Below are positions 1 to 9,400 of a stretch of DNA of 64,000 bases, piece by piece (within the stretch, counting starts at the first letter, position 1; each line of letters begins with the position of its first letter). Both the position numbers and the translations under genes were made by a program. Source of the DNA: Candidatus Uhrbacteria bacterium (GTDB lineage: Bacteria > Patescibacteriota > Patescibacteriia > UBA9934); assembly GCA_943350635.1 (NCBI GenBank), contig CALRAI010000001.1, forward strand, positions 4,051-68,050. Direction: 5' to 3'. The notes under the pieces were generated by a model. The model was given only the letters and a program-made list of their open reading frames with translations. It searched no databases and was not told the origin of the DNA.

Positions 1-2
1 CA

Positions 3-434
3 ATTCTCGGAGACATATTAAGTTTTGCGCTTGGACGAAAGGGAATAGATCCCGCAAAACGATTTCCTCGCCTTTTTGCACAGGATACAGTGGACCGTGC
101 CGAAAAGTTTATGAAAGAGTACGGAGTGGCTGGAGTATTTTTTGGAAGATTTATTGGACCATTACGTCCATTCGTGCCGTTTATTGCTGGAGTATTTCGT
201 ATGCGTTTGCGATCGTTTATGGCGATGAACGTGTCGAGCGCGGTGGTGTGGGCAACCGCATATTTGGCGATTGGATTTTTCTTTGGACAATTTTGGACAT
301 CGATCCATCGCGGTTTGCGTTGGGTAGGCTTGGGGATTGTGATGATTGTTGTTGCATACATCGGACTGCGTATTGCGCGACGGGATCGTGAAAAGGGCAT
401 CGGCACACCAAGTGCCACAGAAAAATCAGAGTAG
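3..434 (+). CDS. DedA family membrane protein (5' partial)
   Basis: Frame is open from the window edge (ILGDILSFALGRKG...). FFGRFIGPLRPFVPFIAG is the DedA signature. Confidence 0.85.
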   Translation: MLGDILSFALGRKGIDPAKRFPRLFAQDTVDRAEKFMKEYGVAGVFFGRFIGPLRPFVPFIAGVFRMRLRSFMAMNVSSAVVWATAYLAIGFFFGQFWTSIHRGLRWVGLGIVMIVVAYIGLRIARRDREKGIGTPSATEKSE

Positions 435-475
435 CATGAAGGGCGATCCGTGAGGACCGCCCTTCCGTTATTCCG

Positions 476-1723
476 TCAGTTTTCGCCGAGGTCGTCGGTT
501 GTGGTATTACGCAGCCATTCGACGTCGTCCTGCACATCGTGATCTATGGCGCGAATCCGTTCGTGTTCCCGTTGCGTAAGATCGCGACGAACCACGGGTA
601 CCACGAGCGCGAGCAGGTCGTACATGCGCACCACGGCACGAGCTACGGATCCTGATGCAAACGGGGAATCTTCATTCCCGATAAGCCCGGATCGGCGTGC
701 GTCGATGGCGTGAGCAAGAAATCCGGTAATCCGGTCCAGTGCGCGAGCGATTGCTCGGTCGAACACCATACGAATCTTCCGTTGTTCAAGCATGTGCACC
801 ATTTCTGCGAACAGTCCGAGTTGTTGGTTACGCCAGTGCTGTAAATCCTCCCGAAGGAGAATTTCGAGCTGCCGTGCCGACATGTTCGCTTCGCCAATCG
901 CGCGATTCAGCCAGTACCGCAGCTCATCAGCGGATGCACGTTCCTTGTGATACCGCTCCAACGCCAAGGCGCTAGAATACGGAATTTTCCCTTCGCTCAC
1001 TGCGCCTTGAATGAACTCCGGAAGCCTTGTGTAGCGTAATGCCGCACGAACACGTTCCGGATTGTGTCCGATACGTTGCGCGAACGTGGCTACGGGAAGC
1101 TGAGGTTCTCGGACGCGCATGAGTTCGTAGAATACGCGGAAGCCCACCGCTTCTTCGTCCGGTTTGGGACGATGATGCGTGTTCTCCGCGAATTGGTCCG
1201 TGAGCGCATCGTAGGGCGTGAACCCTACCTTCAGATTGACGGGAACGACTGCGTGCGCGAAATGCCGCACGAAACAGATACCCGCGGGTTCCTGTTCGAT
1301 GGTCTCGCAACATGTACTACAGCCGTGTTCCCACAGCCTTTTGAGCGCACGAAATCGTCGTTCGCCGGCAATGAGCACGAAGAACATGGGCTCTCCCCGC
1401 AGTGCGCCTTCGGGGAGGTCGTTCACCGTGTGCTCGGTTCCCCACATTGCGTTCACCGCTCGCACGTAGCGCTCGGTAACCGCACGAGGGAACGCATACA
1501 CCGTTTGGGGATTCAACATGCCGCGCGCCGCGATGTCGTCGGCCAAATGCGGAATGTCCTGAAACGTTTTCCGCACCTGCGCAAGCGGGGCATACGTGCC
1601 CCACGAAATTGCCTGCACCGTGGTGTACGGACGAACCGCCTGATCAGAGAAGATGTCCTTCAGCTCACTCGGATCCAACGCATGGATCCGGCGAGCGTGT
1701 GCTATTGCCAGTTCCTGCGCCAT
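476..1723 (-). CDS. ParB/Spo0J-like protein
   Basis: LIAGERRFRA arginine patch, ENTHH and a downstream HTH-like segment. Confidence 0.7.
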   Translation of the reverse strand: MAQELAIAHARRIHALDPSELKDIFSDQAVRPYTTVQAISWGTYAPLAQVRKTFQDIPHLADDIAARGMLNPQTVYAFPRAVTERYVRAVNAMWGTEHTVNDLPEGALRGEPMFFVLIAGERRFRALKRLWEHGCSTCCETIEQEPAGICFVRHFAHAVVPVNLKVGFTPYDALTDQFAENTHHRPKPDEEAVGFRVFYELMRVREPQLPVATFAQRIGHNPERVRAALRYTRLPEFIQGAVSEGKIPYSSALALERYHKERASADELRYWLNRAIGEANMSARQLEILLREDLQHWRNQQLGLFAEMVHMLEQRKIRMVFDRAIARALDRITGFLAHAIDARRSGLIGNEDSPFASGSVARAVVRMYDLLALVVPVVRRDLTQREHERIRAIDHDVQDDVEWLRNTTTDDLGEN

Positions 1724-1850
1724 GATTCCTCCGTGGCTTTGCTGATTGTGGCACGAGGGTTCGCTGGGGGGAATTCACAGGTGTGGATGGCGGAGATGCG
1801 CGCTTCGAAAATGACATCGAGGCGCTTTTTGTGTAGGATATGCCAATCCT

Positions 1851-2861
1851 ATGGAAAATAATGTTCTCGAGCAAAACCTCCGCGATATCATCACTAAAGC
1901 ATTTCGTCTCGATCTCTCGCATCCATCGATGCTGGTTTTCGACGATCATTCTCCGCTTTCTTGTCGTCTTGCCGAGGCGTATAAAAACGTACTCACGAAC
2001 GCAATCGTCATCAATTTCGACGAAACCACACCGGAAGCCGTTCGTGCGGCAATCGACACGTTGGCTCCGGGAAATCTTGTGGTACTGGTGCAATCCGGGA
2101 GTTTTCGTTTGAACGAGTTCCGATTTCGCTTGGAACTCTTCAACCGCAATCTTGCCGTTATCGAACACCCACATCTTGGCCGCATGCCGGAGGAAGAACA
2201 CGAAATTTATCTCGATTCGCTGGCATACGACGAGGCGTATTATCACAGCGTTGGTCATTGGCTTAAGAAAAAGATTGATAGCGCCAAACAGATTATCGTG
2301 CGATGTGATGGGACGGAGTTGGTGTACGACGGCCCGTTCGAAGACGCGAAGCTGAACATTGGAGACTACACTGGCATGAAAAATATCGGAGGGATGTTTC
2401 CTATTGGGGAAGTATTTACGGAGGCGGGTGATTTTTCCCATGCCAACGGTACGGTGAAATTATTTGCGTACGCCGACGCAGATTTTCATGTGATCGTTCC
2501 GCCAGAGCCGGTAACCGTTCGTATAGAAAACGGCATTATTGTGGAGGCTATCAATCCGCCAGAATCTTTTACTGCGGTGCTGGATCAGATTCGTGCGGAC
2601 GAATTACTTTGGGTTCGCGAACTCGGGTTTGGCATGAATCGTGCCATGACGAAACATCGTCGGCTCACCGATATTGGAAGCTACGAGCGCATGTGTGGCA
2701 TTCATCTTTCCCTCGGGCAAAAGCATTCGGTCTATACCAAGGAAGGTTTCCCAAAACGCTCAAGTAAATACCACGTAGACGTCTTCGCGGACATCACCAC
2801 GGTGGAAATTGATGGGGAAGTCGTGTTTGAAAATGGGGGGTATACGAAAAATATTGCCTAA
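1851..2861 (+). CDS. Aminopeptidase T-like metallopeptidase (M29-like)
   Basis: PIGEVFTE, RELGFGMN, ERMCGIHLSLG and HVDV motifs. Confidence 0.7.
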   Translation: MENNVLEQNLRDIITKAFRLDLSHPSMLVFDDHSPLSCRLAEAYKNVLTNAIVINFDETTPEAVRAAIDTLAPGNLVVLVQSGSFRLNEFRFRLELFNRNLAVIEHPHLGRMPEEEHEIYLDSLAYDEAYYHSVGHWLKKKIDSAKQIIVRCDGTELVYDGPFEDAKLNIGDYTGMKNIGGMFPIGEVFTEAGDFSHANGTVKLFAYADADFHVIVPPEPVTVRIENGIIVEAINPPESFTAVLDQIRADELLWVRELGFGMNRAMTKHRRLTDIGSYERMCGIHLSLGQKHSVYTKEGFPKRSSKYHVDVFADITTVEIDGEVVFENGGYTKNIA

Positions 2862-2890
2862 TTTTAACTCTCACCCGCTGATGATTCGGT

Positions 2891-3066
2891 TCCTCCCTCC
2901 GCTTCGTGGCGACTCGGGTAAAAGTTTTTCTGCTGCGTCACAAGTCGTTACGCCACAACGGCTTGCTTCGCTCGCCTGTGGCTGGACTCCTGGAAGCCTC
3001 GCTGAAAAACTTTCACCACTCGTCCCCACTACGCTTCGGTCGATCGGTGAGCCTCATCCGATTCAC
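2891..3066. repeat. Dispersed palindromic repeat family A, copy 1
   Basis: Reverse complement aligns with 28675-28853. Confidence 0.8.
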
Positions 3067-3072
3067 TTGCGC

Positions 3073-3197
3073 TAGTGGCGAGGGTACATTTTTCCAACGA
3101 GCACGGGCCCTCCCAGCTGCAGGTGAGCAAAGCGAACCGTCGCAGCGTGAGGGATTCGCGCGGAGTGCAGAATAATGTACCCGAGCCACCAGCGAGT
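3073..3197. repeat. Dispersed palindromic repeat family B, copy 1
   Basis: Direct similarity to 4264-4387 (TAGTGGCGAGG...GGGATTCGCGCGGAGTGCAGAA...AGCCACCAGCGAGT). Confidence 0.8.
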
Positions 3198-3203
3198 GAT
3201 GTA

Positions 3204-3803
3204 CTACGCCTTCGATCTCCCCGTCATTGCGCTTGCGAGTGTTACCTCGTCCGCATACTCAATGTCGGCGCCCATCGGGAGTCCACGAGCTAGACGCGTC
3301 ATCGATTTCCCGAACGTCGAGAGCTGACGCTGTAGATACATAATCGTCGTTTCGCCGTGAACGTCGGGGGAGAACGCAAGAATGAATTCAGAAAGCGTTG
3401 GGGTATTTTTTACATGATCAAGTAGCGCCTTCACGTTGAGCGTTTCTGGCGTGCGGCCGTCGATAGGATTCAGCGTGCCGCCAAGCACAAAATAGCGGCC
3501 TTTATATACGCCTGTGGCTTCGATCGTAGAAATATCTCGCGCTTCGGCAACAACGCAAAGTTTTGTGGCGTCGCGATTGGGATCGCTACAAATTTCGCAC
3601 AGTTCCGTTTCTGCAAACGTAAAACACGTTTGGCAATGCGTAATATTGCCAAGCTCGACAATTGCTCTTCCAATACTCGCCAGTTCAAGTTTGCTGAAAT
3701 GTAAAAGAGAAAACGCGTAACGGAGTGCGGTTTTCGGCCCCACTCCCGGAAGGCGACCAAGTGCGGCCGCGGCATTATGAATGGGAGTGGGGAATCGTCG
3801 CAT
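3204..3803 (-). CDS. recR: Recombination mediator RecR
   Basis: LPGVGPKTA HhH, C4 zinc finger, Toprim domain, RLARGLPMGADIEYADEVTL. Confidence 0.97.
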   Translation of the reverse strand: MRRFPTPIHNAAAALGRLPGVGPKTALRYAFSLLHFSKLELASIGRAIVELGNITHCQTCFTFAETELCEICSDPNRDATKLCVVAEARDISTIEATGVYKGRYFVLGGTLNPIDGRTPETLNVKALLDHVKNTPTLSEFILAFSPDVHGETTIMYLQRQLSTFGKSMTRLARGLPMGADIEYADEVTLASAMTGRSKA

Positions 3804-3806
3804 GTG

Positions 3807-4100
3807 TTACAGTCCGAGATTTTTAAACGCATCAAGCCCACCCATCTCTTTCATTTTTTTCATGAGCTCTACTTGCAGCTTGCTGTTCACGTCATTGAGC
3901 GCTTCTTTTACGCCAGCTTCAATTTTCGATCGATCCAAGTCTTCATCGATTTTTACGCCAAGTGTTTCGTGACTGCCGTTTACGGTAATCATCACCTTTC
4001 CACCCGCACCAACACCAACAATAATTACCTCATCAAGCATTGCCTTCATTGCCTTACTCTGATCGCGCATGTCCTTGATCTGCTTTATTTTGTTGAACAT
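3807..4100 (-). CDS. ybaB: YbaB/EbfC nucleoid-associated protein
   Basis: Directly upstream of recR; GAGGKVMITVNG; ATG at 4100. Confidence 0.9.
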   Translation of the reverse strand: MFNKIKQIKDMRDQSKAMKAMLDEVIIVGVGAGGKVMITVNGSHETLGVKIDEDLDRSKIEAGVKEALNDVNSKLQVELMKKMKEMGGLDAFKNLGL

Positions 4101-4127
4101 AGAGGGGTGAACGTCCGCATTTGGTCG

Positions 4128-4208
4128 ATTTTGGGCTTGCACCATCGAAAACTTTCTCAACGTACCAGGAGTACGTCTCAAAAGCTTTTCTCGATGCGCG
4201 CCCAAACT
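4128..4208. repeat. Hairpin repeat family C, copy 1
   Basis: ATTTT(G/C)GGCTTGC...TCAACGTAC-N-GTACGTCTCA...GCGC..C.AAACT, shared with 20087-20196 and 49312-49392. Confidence 0.75.
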
Positions 4209-4263
4209 CGCCGCAAATGTGAACGTTCAGTATTAGTAATGATTATTAATCATGGACGAGCGT

Positions 4264-4387
4264 TAGTGGCGAGGATGCATTGTTCCAACGAGCACGCGCC
4301 CCACAACTGCAGTCGAGCGTAGCGAGACGTTGCAGCGTAGGGGATTCGCGCGGAGTGCAGAACGATGTATCCAAGCCACCAGCGAGT
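4264..4387. repeat. Dispersed palindromic repeat family B, copy 2
   Basis: Similar to 3073-3197. Confidence 0.8.
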
Positions 4388-4402
4388 ACAGATAAAATAG
4401 TA

Positions 4403-5884
4403 TCAATATTGCTTCTTCGGCGGAAGGCCGACGCCTTTTGGAGGAATACCTGGTGGCAAGCCAACGTTATTCGGTTTTGGTTCCGTTGATCCATCGCTGG
4501 ACGACGATGCGCTGCTCGACGACATCATCGGCGCGCGTTGTCCTTCTAGGTTTTTAAACGACGCATGCGTTGCATCCCAGTACAGCGGCACCATGCCGGT
4601 TGGTCCGTTACGATGTTTAGCGATATGTACTTCCGCGCGGGTTTTTTCCTCCGGCGTGAGTTCTTCTGGTTGATAGTTTCTATCCGCAGCTTTGCGATAC
4701 AAGAACATGACGACGTCCGCATCCTGCTCAATACTTCCCGAGTCGCGAAGGTGAGCGAGCTTTGGAATAGCAGGCTTTGTCATTTCCACCGCACGAGAAA
4801 GCTGCGCCAACGCGAGCACAGGAACATTGAGCTCACGCGCAATCTGCTTTAACCCGCGAGAAATCTCCGCAACTTCCTGCACACGATTGTCCGTTTTCTT
4901 TCGCGCTTCCATAAGCTGCAAGTAGTCGATAACAATCATCGAAAGTCCGTGCTCGCTTTGGAGCCGACGAGCCTTGGTGCGAATACTCATGATGGTTGCA
5001 ATCGGCGAGTCGTCAATAAAGATCGGTGCTTCCGAAAGTTTGCCGAGCGCCTCGCCGATACGCGGAAAATCATCAGCGCTTTCGCTCAATCGACCAGTAC
5101 GCAGCTTCCACAAATCCACATTCGCTTCCGCGGAAATCATACGATCGACGAGCTGCTCCTTGCTCATTTCCAAACTGAAGAATCCCACCGGTTTTCCGGT
5201 TCGTAAGGCTACATTGCGAATAATGTCCATAGCAAACGACGTTTTTCCCACGGAAGGTCGCGCAGCCAAAATAATCAGATCGGAGTTCTGAAGCCCAGCA
5301 AGAAGATTATCGATTCCCACGAATCCCGTTGCAACACCACGAAGCTTTCCCTTTTCTTTGTGAAGCTCATCGATTCTGTCGAATGCTTCTGTGAGTAATG
5401 TATGCAACGGCGTGAACGATTGCTTAATGAAATTTTGTGACACGTTGAATAGCCGACGTTCTGCCTCGTCGAGTAACACGTCAACGTCTTGCGATTCGTC
5501 GAATCCAAGATCGGTAATGTCACTTGCGGCACGAAGTAACCGACGTAGCGCCGCTTTCTTTGCAATAATATCGGCGTGGTGAGCGACGTGTGCGGCGGTA
5601 GTCGTTACGTTCGTGAGTTCGACAAGCGCCGTTCGTCCACCAATTTGTTTGAGCACGCCTTTTTCCTCGAGTCTGTTTCCCAGCGTCAACACATCGATCG
5701 GCTCATGACGGTCGACGAGCTCGAGCATCACCTCGTACAAAATGCGATGGGAATCTTTATAGAAATCCTCCGATCGTAACGCGTCGCCAATCTTGAGTAG
5801 CACATCCTGATCCAACAAAAGCGAGCCCAGCAGCGAACGCTCGGCTTCAAGATTGTGAGGAGGAATGCGCCCAACGTCGGCCAT
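4403..5884 (-). CDS. dnaB: Replicative DNA helicase DnaB
   Basis: PPHNLEAE, AARPSVGKT Walker A, IDYLQL, LRDSGSIEQDAD; no intein. Confidence 0.98.
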   Translation of the reverse strand: MADVGRIPPHNLEAERSLLGSLLLDQDVLLKIGDALRSEDFYKDSHRILYEVMLELVDRHEPIDVLTLGNRLEEKGVLKQIGGRTALVELTNVTTTAAHVAHHADIIAKKAALRRLLRAASDITDLGFDESQDVDVLLDEAERRLFNVSQNFIKQSFTPLHTLLTEAFDRIDELHKEKGKLRGVATGFVGIDNLLAGLQNSDLIILAARPSVGKTSFAMDIIRNVALRTGKPVGFFSLEMSKEQLVDRMISAEANVDLWKLRTGRLSESADDFPRIGEALGKLSEAPIFIDDSPIATIMSIRTKARRLQSEHGLSMIVIDYLQLMEARKKTDNRVQEVAEISRGLKQIARELNVPVLALAQLSRAVEMTKPAIPKLAHLRDSGSIEQDADVVMFLYRKAADRNYQPEELTPEEKTRAEVHIAKHRNGPTGMVPLYWDATHASFKNLEGQRAPMMSSSSASSSSDGSTEPKPNNVGLPPGIPPKGVGLPPKKQY

Positions 5885-5998
5885 AGATAGCGCTATGGTA
5901 ACCGACTCTGGCATGCGCAGAAAGTAAAAAACGGGGGTAACGTGTGAAGAAGATGTGTGCGAGTGGGGGATAAGCAAGAATGCTATAATGTTCGCACT

Positions 5999-7132
5999 AT
6001 GCAAAGCGATGGTTCTCGCGTGTGGTGTGCGGCAAGGCCGTTGATTGGCACCATGATCGGTGTGGGAATGTTGGGGTTACCGTTTGCGGTGGTTCGTGTG
6101 GGAGTATGGTTTGGTATGGTGGAACTCGTGCTTTCGGCGCTCGTTTGTTACTTGGTGCTGCGGTTATACGGCGATCTTATTGTGCTTCGTGGCGGAAAAG
6201 CGCGGTTTATCCAGGTGATCGATAAGGAACTTGGTCATTTTGGAACCGGCGTTGCATCCATTGCCTACATTGGCGCCACATTCGGCGCTTTGCTTGCATT
6301 TCTTCTTTTTGGCGGACAATTTTTGCGAACCGTAACGTTTGGAATTTTTCCAATGACGCCCACTGAATCGAGCATGGCGTTCTTTTTTCTGGCATCAATA
6401 CTCACCATTGGCGGATCGCTGTTCATTGCCCGAGTACAGCGCGTCCTTATCCCGATCTTTTTATTTTGTATCTGTTGTTTGGTGGTGGTGGCAGCTCCGA
6501 ACGCCACCGCAGCACACTTCGCTCTTCCGGCTTCGATGGATGGCCTTGGATTAACGTTTGGTGTGATGCTCTTTTCCTTTCATGGCATGTCTGCACTACC
6601 AGAGATGCGCGATATTCTTGGAAAGAAGGTTTCGTTGCTCTCCCGATCTATCGGGGTTGGTACGATGGTAGTTACTGCAGTGTATGCCGCATTCATTCTT
6701 GCAGTTATTGGTGTTACCGGCGCGCAAACCACGGAGAACGCTATTCGCGGCCTGAGCGTGCTCGGATCGTCCTTCGTTCTCTTTGCAAGCGGCATTGCGC
6801 TTCTGGTGACGTTCACGGTGTACACCAATGTCGCAAGCGCATTAACCAACACGTTTCTGTACGATTTGCGCATGCGGTTTGCTCACGCCTGGTTGCTTAC
6901 GGCGGGGATTCCACTCGTTGCATTTTTTGCTGGCGCACAAAAGATTTCCTCTGTTCTCTCAATTACCGGTGGTGTCCTTGGATCGCTCACGGGAATTATG
7001 ATGCTCATTGCGTACGAGCGTGCCCGAGTGAGCGCGGAACTTCCCAAAAACTCCCTCAATATTTCCCAGTGGGCAATTGCTCTCACATTCGTCATTTTCG
7101 TGAGCACGATGGTTTCGACGACACTGAGATGA
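5999..7132 (+). CDS. Aromatic amino acid permease (TyrP/Mtr-like)
   Basis: IGTMIGVGMLGLP and many TM segments; extended -10 TGCTATAAT at 5981-5989. Confidence 0.8.
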   Translation: MQSDGSRVWCAARPLIGTMIGVGMLGLPFAVVRVGVWFGMVELVLSALVCYLVLRLYGDLIVLRGGKARFIQVIDKELGHFGTGVASIAYIGATFGALLAFLLFGGQFLRTVTFGIFPMTPTESSMAFFFLASILTIGGSLFIARVQRVLIPIFLFCICCLVVVAAPNATAAHFALPASMDGLGLTFGVMLFSFHGMSALPEMRDILGKKVSLLSRSIGVGTMVVTAVYAAFILAVIGVTGAQTTENAIRGLSVLGSSFVLFASGIALLVTFTVYTNVASALTNTFLYDLRMRFAHAWLLTAGIPLVAFFAGAQKISSVLSITGGVLGSLTGIMMLIAYERARVSAELPKNSLNISQWAIALTFVIFVSTMVSTTLR

Positions 7133-7148
7133 TGTACCTGGTATAACT

Positions 7149-7241
7149 GTCATCTCCGCGCAGAGCTTGTCCTCGACCTGATCGGGGACGGGGATCCAGA
7201 GCGCAACATCAGGGATGGATCCCCGCATACGCGGGGATGAC
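7149..7241. repeat. Palindromic element (GTCAT..CCGCG...GGATCCCCGC-N-GCGGGGATGAC type)
   Basis: Terminal GTCATC/GATGAC inverted ends and internal CCCCGC-ATAC-GCGGGG hairpin. Confidence 0.6.
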
Positions 7242-7313
7242 GGAAGAGGACGTGATGGAAAAGAAGATTTCCAAAAACATCATATTTCGTTATTGTGTGT
7301 GCTGGAGGTTTTC

Positions 7314-7682
7314 ATGGCTACTCGCCGTCAACAGATTCGCACCACTGCAGAAATGCTCATCGTCGATTTCTTGCGGCAGCACGTGCCGCTCAACCAACAA
7401 CGCTCCGAATGGCGTTTCACATTCGCAGACATCGACGTGGCGTTTCATCGCTATTACCACGCAAGGAAAGACGCTCACAACGCTGCATGCGCGGCATGCA
7501 AAAGCGAGCATCACTGCGTGCTCGTGGACGCGCTCCAGGCGCTGTGCCCAAATCCCGTGAGCGGAGTTTCCATGATCTTCCGTGCCCACATCCTCGCGAT
7601 TGGCGAGTTCGACACCTTCACCGACTCCGGTACGCTCTTCCCCCCGGCCTTCGGCCCCTTCCGTCCGCCAGACGACTCGTAG
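7314..7682 (+). CDS. Hypothetical protein, Cys/His-rich
   Basis: GGAGG RBS before ATG; GC-rich codon usage. Confidence 0.55.
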   Translation: MATRRQQIRTTAEMLIVDFLRQHVPLNQQRSEWRFTFADIDVAFHRYYHARKDAHNAACAACKSEHHCVLVDALQALCPNPVSGVSMIFRAHILAIGEFDTFTDSGTLFPPAFGPFRPPDDS

Positions 7683-7880
7683 AGACTGCGCGCCAACCGT
7701 CACCTGCCACGTCTTCAACGGAAGCCGTCGCGCAAGTGACGGTTTTCTGTTTGTGTCTGATTTGAGGGAGTGATGGATTGAAAAAGCGAAACGCACCCGG
7801 AGGCGGCACGTTTGCCGCGCGGGTGCGCAAGTTATCACTCAATGAACTGGACGGTGGACTGGTCGACGCACGACTGTTGG

Positions 7881-8360
7881 CTACGGTCGCTTGCTGATGA
7901 CGATCTCATTGCCCGTGATCTCGACGATGCACGTCGCCGGCCGGCAGGTCGAGTTGTCGTCGATCTCGAACTGCGACTGCGAGTCGATGCTGTCCTGGAT
8001 ACGGCAGTCGAGCAGCTGAGCCTGCTCGATGAGTGCGACCATCTTGGGGTCGGCCTTCGGCAGGTTAAAGTCCATCACGTGATAGGTTTCCTGGTTGTCA
8101 AACATCGACCCACCACGGCCGTAGATAGTGTACTGGGTGGTGGAGTTTCTTTTCCGATCCCAGATCGTTTTGTCGCGACAGTCGTACGCCTCAAGGAAAC
8201 CCTGCTCGGCATTTCCACCGCCGACGATGTTGCACGGCTTGGCGGCGTAGCCACAGTCGAGCTCGGACACCAAGCCGATGTGGAAGAGCTCAAGGTCTTC
8301 GCCAGGGGCGATTTCGCCAGCGCAGGCGGAGAGAAGCAGGAACGGAAGGACGAAACGCAT
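7881..8360 (-). CDS. Putative lipoprotein
   Basis: MRFVLPFLLLSAC lipobox; GGAG RBS. Confidence 0.65.
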   Translation of the reverse strand: MRFVLPFLLLSACAGEIAPGEDLELFHIGLVSELDCGYAAKPCNIVGGGNAEQGFLEAYDCRDKTIWDRKRNSTTQYTIYGRGGSMFDNQETYHVMDFNLPKADPKMVALIEQAQLLDCRIQDSIDSQSQFEIDDNSTCRPATCIVEITGNEIVISKRP

Positions 8361-8471
8361 GGTGGACTCCAGTGCATTAGCACAGGGGGCGGAAATGCCC
8401 GTCTATTGGCACCACTGTATAGTGATGACTATGGACGGACATCGCTCTTTCAGTCTTCATCGTAACTAGTA

Positions 8472-8500
8472 ATGATAGCGCAAAAATGGGCTTTTGTCAA
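8472..8500 (-). promoter_or_regulatory. Sigma70-type promoter
   Basis: TTGACA-17-TATCAT on the minus strand, upstream of the lipoprotein. Confidence 0.6.
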
Positions 8501-8632
8501 CCAGAAATATGAAGAAAAGCCAATAAATACAGATATTTTACTGGAAATCGCCTGTGTACAAGTTTTGGGGAATTTTTGTAAAAGATTCGACGTTCCTGGC
8601 GGTGAGATATGTTAGAATTTAGCAAATACATT

Positions 8633-8932
8633 ATGGAACTTCTCTTGTGGGATATTTACGAAATTCAATCTCAGTCCTCGCTTCACGGCGTGATGCTTCG
8701 AGGAAGACTGAGGAAATTTGCGAATCAACAAAGTATAAATCTCCTAACAGAAAATGAAGAAAACGGTGCGAGTGTACGCTTTGCAGTCCTTGCAGAATCT
8801 GATCCAGCTATCGTGACTACTTTTATCACGTCACTTGTTCCCGACGCTCACATCGAACGCGTTCGTGAGAAGGTATCGAATCCTGTTCTCTCTAAACTGC
8901 AAGTGAACGTCGATGACCGATATACGATTTAA
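8633..8932 (+). CDS. Hypothetical protein, possibly acylphosphatase-like fold
   Basis: LHGVMLR...TENEENGASV loosely resembles VQGVGFR...VRNLPDGSV. Confidence 0.45.
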   Translation: MELLLWDIYEIQSQSSLHGVMLRGRLRKFANQQSINLLTENEENGASVRFAVLAESDPAIVTTFITSLVPDAHIERVREKVSNPVLSKLQVNVDDRYTI

Positions 8933-9012
8933 ATAGTAATATACAAAGCTTGGGCAACCAGTGGGCAACGAGAAAGAGAGAACAATAAAAATATCCAACA
9001 ACTGTTGGATAT

Positions 9013-9042
9013 TTTTGGTGCGCCGAGCGGGGATCGAACCCG
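9013..9042. repeat. att core (3' end of tRNA-Lys)
   Basis: TTTTGGTGCGCCGAGCGGGGATCGAACCCG, identical to 19984-20013. Confidence 0.95.
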
Positions 9043-9400
9043 ATGATGGCAATTTACGAAAGATGAGCAATAACAGGCAAAAACGCAGGAAAAGCCATTG
9101 GCTGTTGCTGTTTCTCAATTCTCATAGTTACACATTGTTACTCGACAAAATACACAATCCATCACTTTATGGGCAACGGGTGGGCAACACCTCCGGGGAG
9201 TGATGGAATTTTGGCTCATCTGATTCGATGCTATCAATGACGATCAGATGCGATCTGGATTATGGAATCCGTTTGTTTATTTTAATTTCTCAATTCTCCT
9301 TATTTCAGTGGATGGAGCCTCTCCTCAAGAAAAGGGCAGCATGCATATCGGGTGATATACTTTGCAGAAGGATTGGCCCATTTAATTACTAAATACCCAT

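Noticed and set aside
9013-9042. Second tRNA-Lys gene
   Set aside because: Only the 3' acceptor strand and part of the T arm are present; it is an att duplication.
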